The translations under genes were made by a program, and so were the position numbers. 64,000 nt of DNA from Hellea sp. (GTDB lineage Bacteria; Pseudomonadota; Alphaproteobacteria; Caulobacterales; Maricaulaceae). The notes under the pieces were generated by a model, which saw nothing but the letters and a program-made list of their open reading frames with translations, had not been told where the DNA came from and ran no database searches. Shown here in pieces: positions 47,062-58,175 of this stretch (its first letter is position 1; each line of letters opens with the position of its first letter). The stretch spans positions 1,641-65,640 of the forward strand of contig JAQXEH010000018.1 in the NCBI GenBank assembly GCA_029250925.1. The letters run 5' to 3'.

Positions 47062-47755
47062 ATTTTGTTTAGCACTTTTACTATCATTAATATTCATAAT
47101 TAACGCTTCGGAAGCTAGAGATAATCGCGATACACATAACCATCATATTAATTCACCAAGCATTTCAACTAATGACGCATTCATCTTGAATGAAGCACCA
47201 GATGATCATGTTGTAGGTTCAAATAAAGCTCCTATTACCTTTATTGTTTGGGCATCAGTAACTTGCCCTCATTGTTCGGATTGGTTTAGTAACGAATGGC
47301 CAATATTTAATAGTATGCTTGTTAAAACAGGAAAGGTTAGATTTATTTTCCGCGAATTACCTACTCAACCTGCTCAATTGGCTATGCTTGGTTTCATGAT
47401 GGCTGAATGCGCTCCATCTGAAAAATATTTTGATCTAATAGAGTTCCAAATGTTAAATCAAAAAGAAATGTTTGAAATGGCAAGTAAAGGGGAGGCTCTT
47501 TCGTATTATAAGAAAATTGGAAAAATGTCAGGCCTTAAAGATGATAATGATATAAATGTTTGCATGCAAACCAAAGAAAAGTTTGATCACATAATTAATA
47601 ATGGCAAAAGAGCTCAAAATGCAGGAGTATCCGGCGTACCATCATTTTATATAAATGGCAGAAACTATAACAATGAATTGGATGCAATCAGTTTAGTAAA
47701 ATTAGTAGAAAAGATGATTGAAAGGGGCTTATCTGACTTTACCGATTTAAACTAA
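47054..47755 (+). CDS. DsbA-family thiol:disulfide oxidoreductase
   Basis: Signal peptide, CPHC active site, and GVPSFYING near the C-terminus. Confidence 0.85.
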   Translation: MIKFCLALLLSLIFIINASEARDNRDTHNHHINSPSISTNDAFILNEAPDDHVVGSNKAPITFIVWASVTCPHCSDWFSNEWPIFNSMLVKTGKVRFIFRELPTQPAQLAMLGFMMAECAPSEKYFDLIEFQMLNQKEMFEMASKGEALSYYKKIGKMSGLKDDNDINVCMQTKEKFDHIINNGKRAQNAGVSGVPSFYINGRNYNNELDAISLVKLVEKMIERGLSDFTDLN

Positions 47756-47827
47756 GTAAACTTGAACCCCCAACTCAAAGGTTATTTAAATAATCATTAA
47801 AATATAAAGTTTAAAGGCTTATAACCA

Positions 47828-48910
47828 ATGAAGCATGGTCAAAATATCCTTTCTAATCATATTAATGGAAAGAAAGTCTACAAACGTATTTACAAAAAAC
47901 TCGATGGTCGTAACCTTATCTTATATGGCTATAAACAGCATAACGAAAATCCTTTAAAAGAGGAGAATTTTAAACAAGCTAAAGCTGGCGAACTTCGTTG
48001 GCACCCCCTCAGGCGTGAGCATAATATATATTCGCCAAACCGCCAAAACCGTACATTTAAACCGTCTGTTTCAAGTGATCCATTAAATCCATCCATTAAA
48101 GGTAAAAAACCCACTGAGATTCCTTTCGAAAGTTTCGAACTTGCAATATTTGATAATAAATTTTCTAGCCTACACTCGGATGCACCCGAACCATCTCATT
48201 TGTCTGGTGTAAATTCTAGTAGAGCACAGGGACATTGTGATGTCGTAGTATATGGGACAGAGCCAACGGGCAACTTATACACTATAGGTCAATCGAAAAG
48301 ACGGTTGCTTATTGAAGCTTGGATTGATCGCTATGAACACCTTTTTAATGAGGGTTATGAATTTGTTTTACCCTTTGAAAATAGAGGTGATGCAGTTGGC
48401 ACAACATTGAGTCACCCGCATGGCCAGATATATGCTTTTCCGTTTATTCCCAGAGTTCAAAGCGATGCTCTAAAGTCATTCAATGAAGGTTATGATTTAT
48501 CTTATTACATAAACAACAATAAATCGGAATTTGGAGTAACAGAAATGAATGGAATTGAAGCATTCTGTCCCTCTTTTTCACGTTTTCCATATGAAGTATG
48601 GTTAGCCCCAAATGTTAAAAAAGCTGGATTATGGGATTTGACAGAAAAAGAAAAAGAAGGTTTTGCTTACCTACTTGGAGAAATAACACGTAAATACGAT
48701 ATGCTATTTGGTGAACCAATGGCCTATATGTTATCCCTTCACTCGGCTCCTCTAAATAAAAATGATAACTGGCATTTTACCGCCCAATTTTATCCAATAA
48801 TGAGGGCAAAGGATAAAATTAAATATCTCGCTGCAGTAGAGCAGTCATCTGGTACATTTACAGTTGATATTATGCCCGAAATCTCCTCCAAGGTTTTAAG
48901 TAAATTATAA
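47828..48910 (+). CDS. galT: Galactose-1-phosphate uridylyltransferase
   Basis: HPHGQIYAFPF (His-Pro-His active site). Position upstream of galK. Confidence 0.85.
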   Translation: MKHGQNILSNHINGKKVYKRIYKKLDGRNLILYGYKQHNENPLKEENFKQAKAGELRWHPLRREHNIYSPNRQNRTFKPSVSSDPLNPSIKGKKPTEIPFESFELAIFDNKFSSLHSDAPEPSHLSGVNSSRAQGHCDVVVYGTEPTGNLYTIGQSKRRLLIEAWIDRYEHLFNEGYEFVLPFENRGDAVGTTLSHPHGQIYAFPFIPRVQSDALKSFNEGYDLSYYINNNKSEFGVTEMNGIEAFCPSFSRFPYEVWLAPNVKKAGLWDLTEKEKEGFAYLLGEITRKYDMLFGEPMAYMLSLHSAPLNKNDNWHFTAQFYPIMRAKDKIKYLAAVEQSSGTFTVDIMPEISSKVLSKL

Positions 48911-49977
48911 TGTCATCGAACTTAGCATTTAAAAAGACCTATAACTCCATGCCAGAAGTTACCTCCTTTACACCGGGTAGGGTTAATTTAATCGGGGAAC
49001 ATATCGACTATAACGGTGGTATGGTTTTACCGGCAGCATTAGAGAAAGGTATTTTCATTAGCTTAACACCTAGAAATGATAATAATATTAGGATTTACTC
49101 AGACCAATTTGATGAAATTATTGAATTAAATATTAATAATACCGCTACTTCTAAATGGTCCGATTATGCATTAGGAAGTATTGTTTATGCTAATAAAGTT
49201 GGCTTTCTAAATGGTGGGGCAGATATTGCTATAACAACTACTTTACCGTTAGGAGCAGGACTTTCATCATCCTCAGCATTAATTGTTGGAATATTAAAAC
49301 TAACAGCAAGTTTATCAAAAAAAACCTTTGATAACATAAGTATCGCAATTTTAGCTAAACGTGTTGAAAATGAATTCATCGGAATGCCATGTGGAATAAT
49401 GGATCAAATGGCTATATCATGTACAGACCCAGGAAAAGCTATAGCTTTAGATACTAAAAACTTATCTTTTGAAGTAATATCATTACCAAAATACCACCAC
49501 ATGGCAATTATACACTCAGGGGAATATAGATTAAATACAGACGGTAATTTTAAAAAACGTAAAGAGGAATGTGATATAATAAAGGAAATTATAGGTCACA
49601 ATGACATATGCAGTATGTCTGATAATGAATTTATTTTATTAAAAAATATTTCAACTGACTTGAATCAACGAGCACGTCATTGTGTCTCAGAGCATCAAAG
49701 AACATTGAGGGCCATTAAAGCAATAAAAGAGGGTAATATTCCTAAATTCGGCCTTTTAATGACAGAAAGCCACAATTCGATGCGAGATGACTTTAAGATG
49801 AGCCTACCTAGTATAGACAATTTAGTAAACGACGCTATTCATTTAGGTGCCGTTGGTGCAAGGTTAACAGGGGGAGGATTTGGGGGTTGCATTGTTGCTT
49901 GTATTTTAAAAGAAAACCTAGAGTCCTGGAGACAAAAATTATTATCACTCCACCCAAAAGCTTTTAATGTGATCTAA
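48910..49977 (+). CDS. galK: Galactokinase
   Basis: GRVNLIGEHIDYNGG galactokinase signature and GHMP motif PLGAGLSSSSAL. Confidence 0.95.
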   Translation: MSSNLAFKKTYNSMPEVTSFTPGRVNLIGEHIDYNGGMVLPAALEKGIFISLTPRNDNNIRIYSDQFDEIIELNINNTATSKWSDYALGSIVYANKVGFLNGGADIAITTTLPLGAGLSSSSALIVGILKLTASLSKKTFDNISIAILAKRVENEFIGMPCGIMDQMAISCTDPGKAIALDTKNLSFEVISLPKYHHMAIIHSGEYRLNTDGNFKKRKEECDIIKEIIGHNDICSMSDNEFILLKNISTDLNQRARHCVSEHQRTLRAIKAIKEGNIPKFGLLMTESHNSMRDDFKMSLPSIDNLVNDAIHLGAVGARLTGGGFGGCIVACILKENLESWRQKLLSLHPKAFNVI

Positions 49978-49985
49978 GGACATTC

Positions 49986-51002
49986 ATGAGACTAAAAAAC
50001 TTAAACGGAAGACCCATAATTGTAGTCGGAGGAGCAGGTTATATTGGCTCACATGTCTGTAAAACAATTTCTTCTAAAGGGGGAATTCCTATAGTTTTTG
50101 ATAACTTTAGTGCTGGTCACGAGCATTCTATAAAATGGGGGCCTAATGAATTAGTGGATTTAAGAGATAGTCAAGCTACATTAAATGCCTTTGAAAAGTA
50201 CAAATCAGTAGAAACAGTTATCCACCTAGCGAGTTCCATTGAAGTTAGTCACGGAGAAAATTTTCCCTCGGAATTTTATACTAATAATGTACTCGGTACC
50301 TTAAATTTACTAAATGCAATGAAAAATACAAATGCGAAAAAAATAATATTTTCATCTACTTGTGCTACTTACGGGGAAATTGATGATGTCCCAATCATGG
50401 AGACAGTTACACAAAATCCTTCCAGTGTTTATGGTAAAACGAAATTAGCAATAGAACATATGATTGAAAGTTTTCATAAAGCCTATAGTCTCGATTATAT
50501 TATTCTTAGGTATTTCAATGCTGCAGGCGCAGATCCTGAAGGTGATATTGGTGAAGAACATGATCCTGAAACTCATTTAATCCCAAATGCTCTAGAAGCT
50601 GCAGCAAATGGAAAATTAATGGAAATCTTCGGTGATGATTATGATACAATTGATGGAACCTGTATGAGAGATTATATTCATGTTAATGACATAGCAGCGG
50701 CCCATATAAACTCCATTAAAGCTCAGGAAAATGGCCTAGTTTCAGCTGATATTAACATCGGCACAGGAACGGCTTACAGTGTTTTTCAAATAATAAATAT
50801 GATTGAAAAAGTAACAGGTTACAATGTTAAATATAAAATATGCAAAAGAAGAGCAGGCGATTTGTCCAAACTATATGCCGATACAAGTAAAGCTGAAATG
50901 ATTTTAGGCTTTAAAACAAAATATTCAGATTTGGAAAATATTATACAAACTGCTTGGAATTTTTATAAAAATAAAAATGAGCGCTTTAACCCAAAAAAAT
51001 AG
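49986..51002 (+). CDS. galE: UDP-glucose 4-epimerase
   Basis: GGAGYIGSH Rossmann motif, YGKTK catalytic Y-x3-K, RYFNAAGA. Confidence 0.95.
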   Translation: MRLKNLNGRPIIVVGGAGYIGSHVCKTISSKGGIPIVFDNFSAGHEHSIKWGPNELVDLRDSQATLNAFEKYKSVETVIHLASSIEVSHGENFPSEFYTNNVLGTLNLLNAMKNTNAKKIIFSSTCATYGEIDDVPIMETVTQNPSSVYGKTKLAIEHMIESFHKAYSLDYIILRYFNAAGADPEGDIGEEHDPETHLIPNALEAAANGKLMEIFGDDYDTIDGTCMRDYIHVNDIAAAHINSIKAQENGLVSADINIGTGTAYSVFQIINMIEKVTGYNVKYKICKRRAGDLSKLYADTSKAEMILGFKTKYSDLENIIQTAWNFYKNKNERFNPKK

Positions 51003-51085
51003 CCCATAAAAGAGTCACCATATAGGCATGCTTGAAGTTCCTATTAATAATTATTTTGTGAGTTCCAGTTTTCCATTACGAATAA

Positions 51086-51162
<77 letters not shown>

Positions 51163-51244
51163 TAAGATGTTTGCGGGGTGTACCATATAAAAGGCGCACG
51201 TCAATCAGAAATAAGCTTAAATTTGAACTAAATGAGAATTAAAT

Positions 51245-51320
51245 TGGTGGGCGGTAACGGGTTCGAACCGCTGACCCTCTCGGTGTAAACGAGATGCTCT
51301 ACCAGCTGAGCTAACCGCCC
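51245..51320 (-). tRNA. tRNA-Val (anticodon TAC), CCA encoded
   Basis: Reverse complement is GGGCGGTTAGCTCAGCTGGTAGAGCATCTCGTTTACACCGAGAGGGTCAGCGGTTCGAACCCGTTACCGCCCACCA. The acceptor stem is perfect and the anticodon loop is TTTACAC. Confidence 0.95.
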
Positions 51321-51403
51321 CACTTAATTGTTGCTTAATGCGCAGAAAAACGTCAAAGGTCAACACTTGTCTCCAAATAATAACCTGTTTCTAGTAAAAT
51401 ACT

Positions 51404-53806
51404 TTAATGAGTTGAGGCTTCACCTGTTAAAGAGTTATTTTGTGAGGATAATACACTTGAGAGTGCTGCTTCATCGCTCATTGACCATTCTATTTTTTTA
51501 GGCATTTCTACAAGCGCGTTAGCCAATACCTCGTCAATATTACAAACAGGTATAATGTTTAGAGCGTTTTTGACATTGTTGGGAATGTCCGCTAGGTCTT
51601 TTTCATTATCTTTAGGAATAAGAACAGTCTCGATTCCCGACCGCAATGCAGCTAATAATTTTTCTTTCAAACCACCAATTGGTAGGACTCTACCTCTCAA
51701 CGTTATTTCTCCAGTCATAGCAACTTCTTTTTTAACAGGAGTTGATGTTAATACGGAAACAATAGCTGTAACCATGCCTACGCCGGCACTAGGGCCATCC
51801 TTGGGTGTTGCCCCCTCCGGAACATGAATGTGTATGTCTCTACTTCTAAATTGAATAGGGCTTATTCCTAAATCTGGGGCTTTAGATTGAACATAACTAT
51901 TGGCAGCAGATATAGACTCTTTCATAACCTCTTTGAGGTTCCCTGTTACTGACATTTTACCCTTACCTGACATAGCCACCGCTTCAATAGTAAGGGTTTC
52001 ACCACCTACTGGTGTCCAAGCTAAACCGGTCACAACACCTATTTGATTTTTATCTTCAATTTCGCCAAATCTATATTTCCTAACCCCGAGGAAATCATGT
52101 ATATTTTTTGTTGTGACTATTATTTTAGAAGATTTTTTTGATATGATATTAGTTAGAGACTTCCGTGCAAGAGTAGCTAATTCTTTTTTTAGCCCACGTA
52201 CACCAGCTTCACGTGTATAGTACCTAATTACATCTTTTAGAGCTTCATCCTCAATAAAAAATTCATTGTTTTTTAGACCATGCTCTTTAATTTGAGCAGG
52301 GATTAAATGAAGTTTGGCTATCTCAATTTTTTCTGACTCAGTATAGCCAGGGATCCGAATAATCTCCATTCTGTCAAGTAAAGGCTGCTGCATGTTAAGA
52401 GAGTTTGCAGTTGTCAAGAACATTACATCTGAAAGGTCAAAATCAACATCAAGATAATGATCGTTGAAAGTATTGTTCTGTTCAGGGTCTAATACTTCTA
52501 ACAAAGCAGATGATGGATCACCGCGATGATCAGAACCTAACTTATCAATTTCATCAAATAAAAACAGAGGGTTGTTATACTTTGCTTTTTTCATTGATTG
52601 AATAATACGACCAGGCATCGAACCTATATAAGTTCTTCTATGACCTCTAATTTCGGACTCATCACTGACACCCCCTAACGAGACACGCACAAATTCCCTT
52701 CCAGTTGCTCTTGCAACAGACTTTCCTAGTGAAGTTTTACCTACACCTGGTGGCCCTACTAAACAAATAATTGGCCCCTTAACTCTTTTGGTTCTCGTTT
52801 GCACTGCAAGGTGCTCGATAATTCTTTCCTTAATTTTTACTAATCCGTAGTGGTCTTCATCCAAAATGTTTTGAGCTTTTTTTAAGTCTCTCTGTAATCG
52901 TTTCTTTTTATTCCAAGGCACTGATAACATCCAGTCTAGGTAATTTCTTGAAACGTTTGCTTCAGCTGACATAGGGCTCATCTGACGTAATTTTTTAATT
53001 TCTACATCAACTTTTTCCTTAGCTTCTTTGCTCAATTTTACACTTGAAACTCGTTCCTGAAGTTCTGAAAACTCATCATTACCTTCGGTACCCCCCAATT
53101 CATTTTGGATGGCCTTCATTTGTTCGTTTAGATAATAATCCTTCTGTGTCTTTTCCATCTGACGCTTTACGCGACCTCTGATTTTCTTTTCAACCTCTAA
53201 AAGAGCTAGTTCATCGCTTAAAAGCTTGATTATGTTTTCAAGGCGTGAAGTTACTGATATAGTGTCAAGGAGACCCTGCTTCTGGACAATATCCGCGTTT
53301 AGATGCACCGAAATCAGATCAGTTAACTTTGATGGGTCCTTAGTCTCAACAACAGAATTTATAATATCTTCGGAGATTTTCTTATTTAATTTTCCGAAAG
53401 ACTCGAACAGAGTCCTAGCTTCACCAGTTATGGTAACTATATCATCTTCAGGCTCAATTGTTGAGTGAGACGGGGATACATTTGCTTCCATATACTCGGT
53501 ATTCTTAGTAAATTCTTTAACCTCAGCTCTGCTCTCGCCCTCTACCAAGACCCTTACCGTGCCATCAGGTAATTTTAAAAGCTGCAATATCTTGGCTATT
53601 ATTCCTTGATGAAATACATCTGAATATTCTGGGTCATCACAATCAGGATTCTTTTGTGTGAGAAGCATTATCTTCTTGTTATTAGACATTACGTCTTCGA
53701 GAGCTTTTATTGACCTACTTCTACCTACAAACAAGGGGACCACCATGTATGGAAATACCACAATATCCCTCAGAGGTAACACAGGTAATATAAGCTCTTT
53801 AGTCAT
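51404..53806 (-). CDS. lon: ATP-dependent Lon protease
   Basis: LPVLPLRDIVVFPYMV N-domain, Walker A GPPGVGKTS, and protease site PKDGPSAGV. ATG 53806 (MTKELILPVLPLRD) with GAGAG upstream is preferred over the track start at 53818. Confidence 0.95.
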   Translation of the reverse strand: MTKELILPVLPLRDIVVFPYMVVPLFVGRSRSIKALEDVMSNNKKIMLLTQKNPDCDDPEYSDVFHQGIIAKILQLLKLPDGTVRVLVEGESRAEVKEFTKNTEYMEANVSPSHSTIEPEDDIVTITGEARTLFESFGKLNKKISEDIINSVVETKDPSKLTDLISVHLNADIVQKQGLLDTISVTSRLENIIKLLSDELALLEVEKKIRGRVKRQMEKTQKDYYLNEQMKAIQNELGGTEGNDEFSELQERVSSVKLSKEAKEKVDVEIKKLRQMSPMSAEANVSRNYLDWMLSVPWNKKKRLQRDLKKAQNILDEDHYGLVKIKERIIEHLAVQTRTKRVKGPIICLVGPPGVGKTSLGKSVARATGREFVRVSLGGVSDESEIRGHRRTYIGSMPGRIIQSMKKAKYNNPLFLFDEIDKLGSDHRGDPSSALLEVLDPEQNNTFNDHYLDVDFDLSDVMFLTTANSLNMQQPLLDRMEIIRIPGYTESEKIEIAKLHLIPAQIKEHGLKNNEFFIEDEALKDVIRYYTREAGVRGLKKELATLARKSLTNIISKKSSKIIVTTKNIHDFLGVRKYRFGEIEDKNQIGVVTGLAWTPVGGETLTIEAVAMSGKGKMSVTGNLKEVMKESISAANSYVQSKAPDLGISPIQFRSRDIHIHVPEGATPKDGPSAGVGMVTAIVSVLTSTPVKKEVAMTGEITLRGRVLPIGGLKEKLLAALRSGIETVLIPKDNEKDLADIPNNVKNALNIIPVCNIDEVLANALVEMPKKIEWSMSDEAALSSVLSSQNNSLTGEASTH

Positions 53807-53845
53807 AAACACTCTCATCTTTCATGTGTATATACGTACGAGACT

Positions 53846-53877
53846 ATAAAGTGGGATGCTAAACCATGTGTTTCAAG
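53846..53877 (-). promoter_or_regulatory. Candidate sigma-32 (RpoH)-type heat-shock promoter of lon
   Basis: Minus strand reads CTTGAAA-N15-CCCACTTTAT, against the E. coli-type consensus CTTGAA-N13-17-CCCCATNTA. Lies 28-40 nt upstream of the lon start. Confidence 0.35.
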
Positions 53878-53900
53878 TAGGAATTATTAATAAAGTAAAT

Positions 53901-55166
53901 TTAGGATGCTTTTTCTTTAGTTTGGCTTTTCTCTGAATATATTAATAGGGGTTTTGCTTCGCCATTGACTACTTCAGCATTTATAACAACTTCTTCAACA
54001 AATTCATAACTCGGTAGGTCGTACATGCTATCAAGTAGAATTCCTTCCATAATTGATCGTAAACCCCTTGCCCCAGTCTTTCTTTTTAATGCTTTTTTAG
54101 CAATTGCTTTTAATGCATCATCTGAAAAAGATAAACGCACACTCTCCATATCAAATAAAGTTTGATATTGCTTAACTAATGCGTTTCGGGGATTGGTAAG
54201 AATTGTAACCAATGCTTCTTCATCAAGATCAGTCAAAGTTGCTATTACTGGCAATCGACCAACAAATTCAGGTATAAGCCCAAAACTAGTAAGGTCTTCA
54301 GGCTCAACACCTTGGAGTATATCACCTACTCTTCTATCATCGAGCTCTTTAACTTTTCCACCAAACCCTATTGAGGCATTATCGCCTCGATTTGATATCA
54401 CTTTATCCAAGCCTGAAAATGCTCCGCCCACAACAAATAATATATTGGTTGTATCAACTTGTAAAAACTCTTGTTGAGGATGCTTACGCCCGCCCTGAGG
54501 AGGTACAGAAGCAACTGTACCTTCCATAATTTTTAAAAGTGCCTGCTGAACACCTTCACCCGAGACATCTCTGGTAATGGATGGATTATCCGACTTTCTG
54601 CTAATTTTATCTACTTCATCGATATACACTATACCTCTCTGGGCTCTTTCTACATTATAGTCAGCTGATTGAAGTAGTTTTAGAATAATATTTTCAACAT
54701 CCTCACCAACGTAGCCTGCTTCTGTAAGTGTTGTCGCATCAGCCATGGTGAAGGGAACATCTAGAATTCTTGCTAAAGTTTGGGCTAAAAGTGTTTTGCC
54801 ACAACCTGTTGGGCCGACCAATAAAATATTAGACTTTGCTAGCTCAACATCAGGGTTTTCAGAAGCATGGTTAAGACGCTTATAATGATTATGAACGGCA
54901 ACCGAAAGAACTCTCTTTGCATGGCTTTGTCCAATTACGTAATCATCCAATGTATTGCATATCTCTTGAGGAGTTGGAACGCCTTCTTGGGCTTTAGAGA
55001 CAGATCCTTTTCCCTCCTCCTTAATTATGTCCATGCACAACTCAACACATTCATCGCAAATAAATACGGTAGGTCCAGCAATTAGCTTCCTCACTTCATG
55101 CTGGCTTTTACCGCAAAAAGAGCAATAAAGAGTGTTCTTACCTTCTGTTTCTGAAGATTTTGTCAT
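53901..55166 (-). CDS. clpX: ATP-dependent Clp protease ATP-binding subunit ClpX
   Basis: N-terminal zinc ribbon CSFCGK...CDEC, Walker A GPTGCGKT, and IGFG loop. Confidence 0.97.
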   Translation of the reverse strand: MTKSSETEGKNTLYCSFCGKSQHEVRKLIAGPTVFICDECVELCMDIIKEEGKGSVSKAQEGVPTPQEICNTLDDYVIGQSHAKRVLSVAVHNHYKRLNHASENPDVELAKSNILLVGPTGCGKTLLAQTLARILDVPFTMADATTLTEAGYVGEDVENIILKLLQSADYNVERAQRGIVYIDEVDKISRKSDNPSITRDVSGEGVQQALLKIMEGTVASVPPQGGRKHPQQEFLQVDTTNILFVVGGAFSGLDKVISNRGDNASIGFGGKVKELDDRRVGDILQGVEPEDLTSFGLIPEFVGRLPVIATLTDLDEEALVTILTNPRNALVKQYQTLFDMESVRLSFSDDALKAIAKKALKRKTGARGLRSIMEGILLDSMYDLPSYEFVEEVVINAEVVNGEAKPLLIYSEKSQTKEKAS

Positions 55167-55280
55167 ATTTTTTCCCGTTTAATAACCCCACAGAATACAT
55201 TCTTGATATAAAAGAAAAGTCAAATACGAAAAGATACTACTAATTAGTATTTGTCAATTAATATAGAGTTTAGTCTATTG

Positions 55281-55901
55281 TTATTTATCATCCCCGCGCT
55301 TATCGTAAACGTGGTCAACTATACCGAAATCTTTAGCTTCTTGAGCAGTCATAAAATGATCTCTATCTAATGTGGTCTCAATTTCTTCGTAACTTTTCCC
55401 AGTATGATGAACATAAATTTCGTTAAGCCGCTTTTTCATTGCAAGAATGTCATTGGCATGGCGCTGAATATCCGAGGCTTGACCGCGAAAGCCACCAGAC
55501 GGCTGATGAACCATAACTCTAGCATTTGGGAGAGCGACCCTCTGACCTGCTTGACCCGCTGATAATAGCAAGGAGCCCATCGAGCATGCCTGCCCCATAC
55601 AAACTGTAGATACTGGTGATTTGATATATTGCATAGTATCATAGATTGCCATTCCTGAGGTTACTACTCCTCCAGGAGAATTTATATACATAGATATTTC
55701 CTTTTTTGGATTCTCAGATTCAAGAAATAACAGCTGAGCAGTTATTGACGCAGCCATCCCATCCTCTACTGTTCCAGATAGAAAAATTATACGATCACGT
55801 AGTAGTCTTGAGTATATATCAAAAGCACGTTCACCGCGGCTAGACTGCTCTACAACTGTTGGAATCAAGTAACTTGTTAATACATCTTGTGGATCTTGCA
55901 T
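55281..55901 (-). CDS. clpP: ATP-dependent Clp protease proteolytic subunit
   Basis: RIIFL...INSPGG...[11 protein letters not shown] is the Ser-His-Asp ClpP pattern. Confidence 0.97.
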   Translation of the reverse strand: MQDPQDVLTSYLIPTVVEQSSRGERAFDIYSRLLRDRIIFLSGTVEDGMAASITAQLLFLESENPKKEISMYINSPGGVVTSGMAIYDTMQYIKSPVSTVCMGQACSMGSLLLSAGQAGQRVALPNARVMVHQPSGGFRGQASDIQRHANDILAMKKRLNEIYVHHTGKSYEEIETTLDRDHFMTAQEAKDFGIVDHVYDKRGDDK

Positions 55902-56016
55902 TTAAATATCCTTTGTGGGCTCGAGTAATAATTATCTTTAACTACATATTTGTATTCTTGGTCTATTATTCAAGTTCTTTTTCAATCTAATTTTAAAATC
56001 GAATTAAGTAAATAAA

Positions 56017-56045
56017 CAAAAAAAAACCCAGCAGTATGTGCTGGG
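56017..56045 (-). terminator. Rho-independent terminator downstream of tig
   Basis: Minus-strand transcript reads CCCAGCA-catac-TGCTGGG followed by a T10 run. Stem at 56027-56033 / 56039-45, T-run at 56017-26. Confidence 0.8.
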
Positions 56046-56067
56046 TAATTTCATTTTTTCTTCGAAA

Positions 56068-57408
56068 TTAAATCATACCGTCTTCTTCAAATAATATTTC
56101 CTTGCTAACTTTTTTATCAGTAAGCGTTGATTTTTCTATAATCAGGTCAACTACTTTTTCCTCATAAATAGGCGCCCTTAACTGCGCAATCGCTTGAGGA
56201 TTTTTTTGGTAAAATTCAATTACCTGTTGCTCCTGACCCGGATATTGGCGAGCTTCCGCTACCATTGCTTGTTGTAATTCATCGTTAGTTATTTGAATTT
56301 CGTTCTTTTGACCCATTTCGGCAAGAACTAGACCCAGCCGCACGCGTCTTTGAGCAATTTTTCGATAGTCCTTTTCTAACTGTTTGTCAGTTTTTTTAGA
56401 GTCATCCTCATCAAGCTTACCAGCTTCTTTTTCAGACTGGACTTGTGTCCATATATTTGAAAATTCTGCTTCAACCATTTGCGGAGGGAGATCAAACTTA
56501 TGTTTTTTATCGAGTTCATCCAGAATTGCTCGTTTAAGCTTCATTCTAGATTGATTATCAAGCTGAGATTTATATTGTTCCTCAACTGCTACCTTCAACG
56601 CGTCTAGGTCAGCTAACCCAAACTTTTGAGCAAACTCATCATCAATTATAGCCTCTTTCTCAGCTTGAACCTCAATCACTTTAGTAGAAAATACTGCATC
56701 TTTACCTGCTAGATTTTCTGCTTGATAAGGTTCAGGGAAAGTTACATTCACTTCTAATTCATCACCAGCTTTTGAACCAATAAGCTGATCCTCGAATCCT
56801 GGTATAAAGGTTCCAGACCCTAGAACTAACTGATGGCCGTCCATAGTGCCACCATCAAAAGCTTCTCCGTCGACAGTTCCAATGAAGTCGATCAATACTG
56901 CGTCACCTTTTTTAGCTTTAGCAGTTTTTGCTTTCTTTTTATATGATTTCTGCCCTTCACCCAACTTTGCAACTTCAGCAGCCAAATCCTCAGCAGCTGG
57001 CTCGTGCTTTAAACGTGTGAATTTAAGTTTTTCTGGGTCAACTGGTGTAAAGTCAGGAATAGATTCAACTGAAAGTTCATATTCTAAATCAGATGTACCG
57101 CTTGTGACTTTATCACCATCAGCTTTCAAATCAACTTTTGGCTGTCCTGCTGGCCGTATACTATTGTCATTTATAGCTTTTTGAGTTGTTTCATTTATTG
57201 TTTCTTCAACAACGTCTTTCATTATTCCTTGACCATACATCTTCCTAATGTGCGATACAGGAACCTTACCCGGACGAAACCCTTTTAAAGAAACTTGAGG
57301 TTGCATTTCTTTAATTTTAGCCTCTAGTTTATCTGCCAAGTCCTCTTTGCTAACTGTTATAGCATAGGTATGATTTAAGCCTTCGGCCTTTAGTTCTTTT
57401 ATTAGCAT
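56068..57408 (-). CDS. tig: Trigger factor
   Basis: N-terminal ribosome-binding GFRPGKVP motif, a central FKBP-type PPIase region, and position upstream of clpP-clpX-lon. Confidence 0.95.
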   Translation of the reverse strand: MLIKELKAEGLNHTYAITVSKEDLADKLEAKIKEMQPQVSLKGFRPGKVPVSHIRKMYGQGIMKDVVEETINETTQKAINDNSIRPAGQPKVDLKADGDKVTSGTSDLEYELSVESIPDFTPVDPEKLKFTRLKHEPAAEDLAAEVAKLGEGQKSYKKKAKTAKAKKGDAVLIDFIGTVDGEAFDGGTMDGHQLVLGSGTFIPGFEDQLIGSKAGDELEVNVTFPEPYQAENLAGKDAVFSTKVIEVQAEKEAIIDDEFAQKFGLADLDALKVAVEEQYKSQLDNQSRMKLKRAILDELDKKHKFDLPPQMVEAEFSNIWTQVQSEKEAGKLDEDDSKKTDKQLEKDYRKIAQRRVRLGLVLAEMGQKNEIQITNDELQQAMVAEARQYPGQEQQVIEFYQKNPQAIAQLRAPIYEEKVVDLIIEKSTLTDKKVSKEILFEEDGMI

Positions 57409-57626
57409 GACTTACGCCTATAATAATTAATAGAATAAGCATCGAAGACAGAGCAAGATACCATTATCTATGAGTTAAATTTTGCGCCTTATGTCACGGA
57501 CATAATTGTAAGGCAACGCCTGTTGCACACTGTTTTAGAAAAAAATTAATAGTTTAATAGCCAATCTTGTATAATTATTCATATTAATTGAATAAATTTG
57601 ATAACAAACTAAAAAATGAGTAATTT

Positions 57627-58175
57627 ATGAGTTCCTTCTCAGAATCGTCTATAGTACTCTATTTTGCTGTATTTGTTGGGCCATTTATTCAAGAGGACGG
57701 AGCTGTATTTATTGCAGCGAGCTTATTTTCTCAAAATCCAGAACGTTATCCGTTAATGTTTTTAATTATTCTATTTGGTTTAATATTATCGGATATTTGG
57801 AAATATTGGATAGGATGGTACGCCTTAAAAAATGCAAAAGTCTATTCAATTATTAATACAGATAAGATAACAAAGTTAGAAAAAAAAGTTCAAGAGCACA
57901 CCCTCACGACCCTTTTTCTTGCTAGATTTCTACCCCTAGCGCGCGTTCCCATTTACATAGCATGTGGGTTATTCCGTATCCCCTACGCCAAATTTTGTAT
58001 GACGATAGCTTTCACAGCCACTATATATAGCGTTATAGTTTTTGCATTGGTATATTTTTTAGAGAGTTTTCTGGGTAAAGATTTAAAATGGGTATTACTT
58101 ATCATAGGCTTTACTATAATTTTAATTATTATCAGCACCCAATTAACTAAGAAATACTTATCAGCCAGAAATTAA
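57627..58175 (+). CDS. DedA/VTT-domain membrane protein
   Basis: Multi-TM, 182 aa. FLARFLPLARVPIYIACG resembles the DedA re-entrant motif. Confidence 0.6.
   Translation: MSSFSESSIVLYFAVFVGPFIQEDGAVFIAASLFSQNPERYPLMFLIILFGLILSDIWKYWIGWYALKNAKVYSIINTDKITKLEKKVQEHTLTTLFLARFLPLARVPIYIACGLFRIPYAKFCMTIAFTATIYSVIVFALVYFLESFLGKDLKWVLLIIGFTIILIIISTQLTKKYLSARN

Noticed and set aside
57486-57514. Imperfect hairpin GCCTTATGTC-acg-GACATAA(ttgt)AAGGC upstream of tig.
   Set aside because: The stem is bulged and there is no T-run or recognisable RNA motif. It could be fortuitous.
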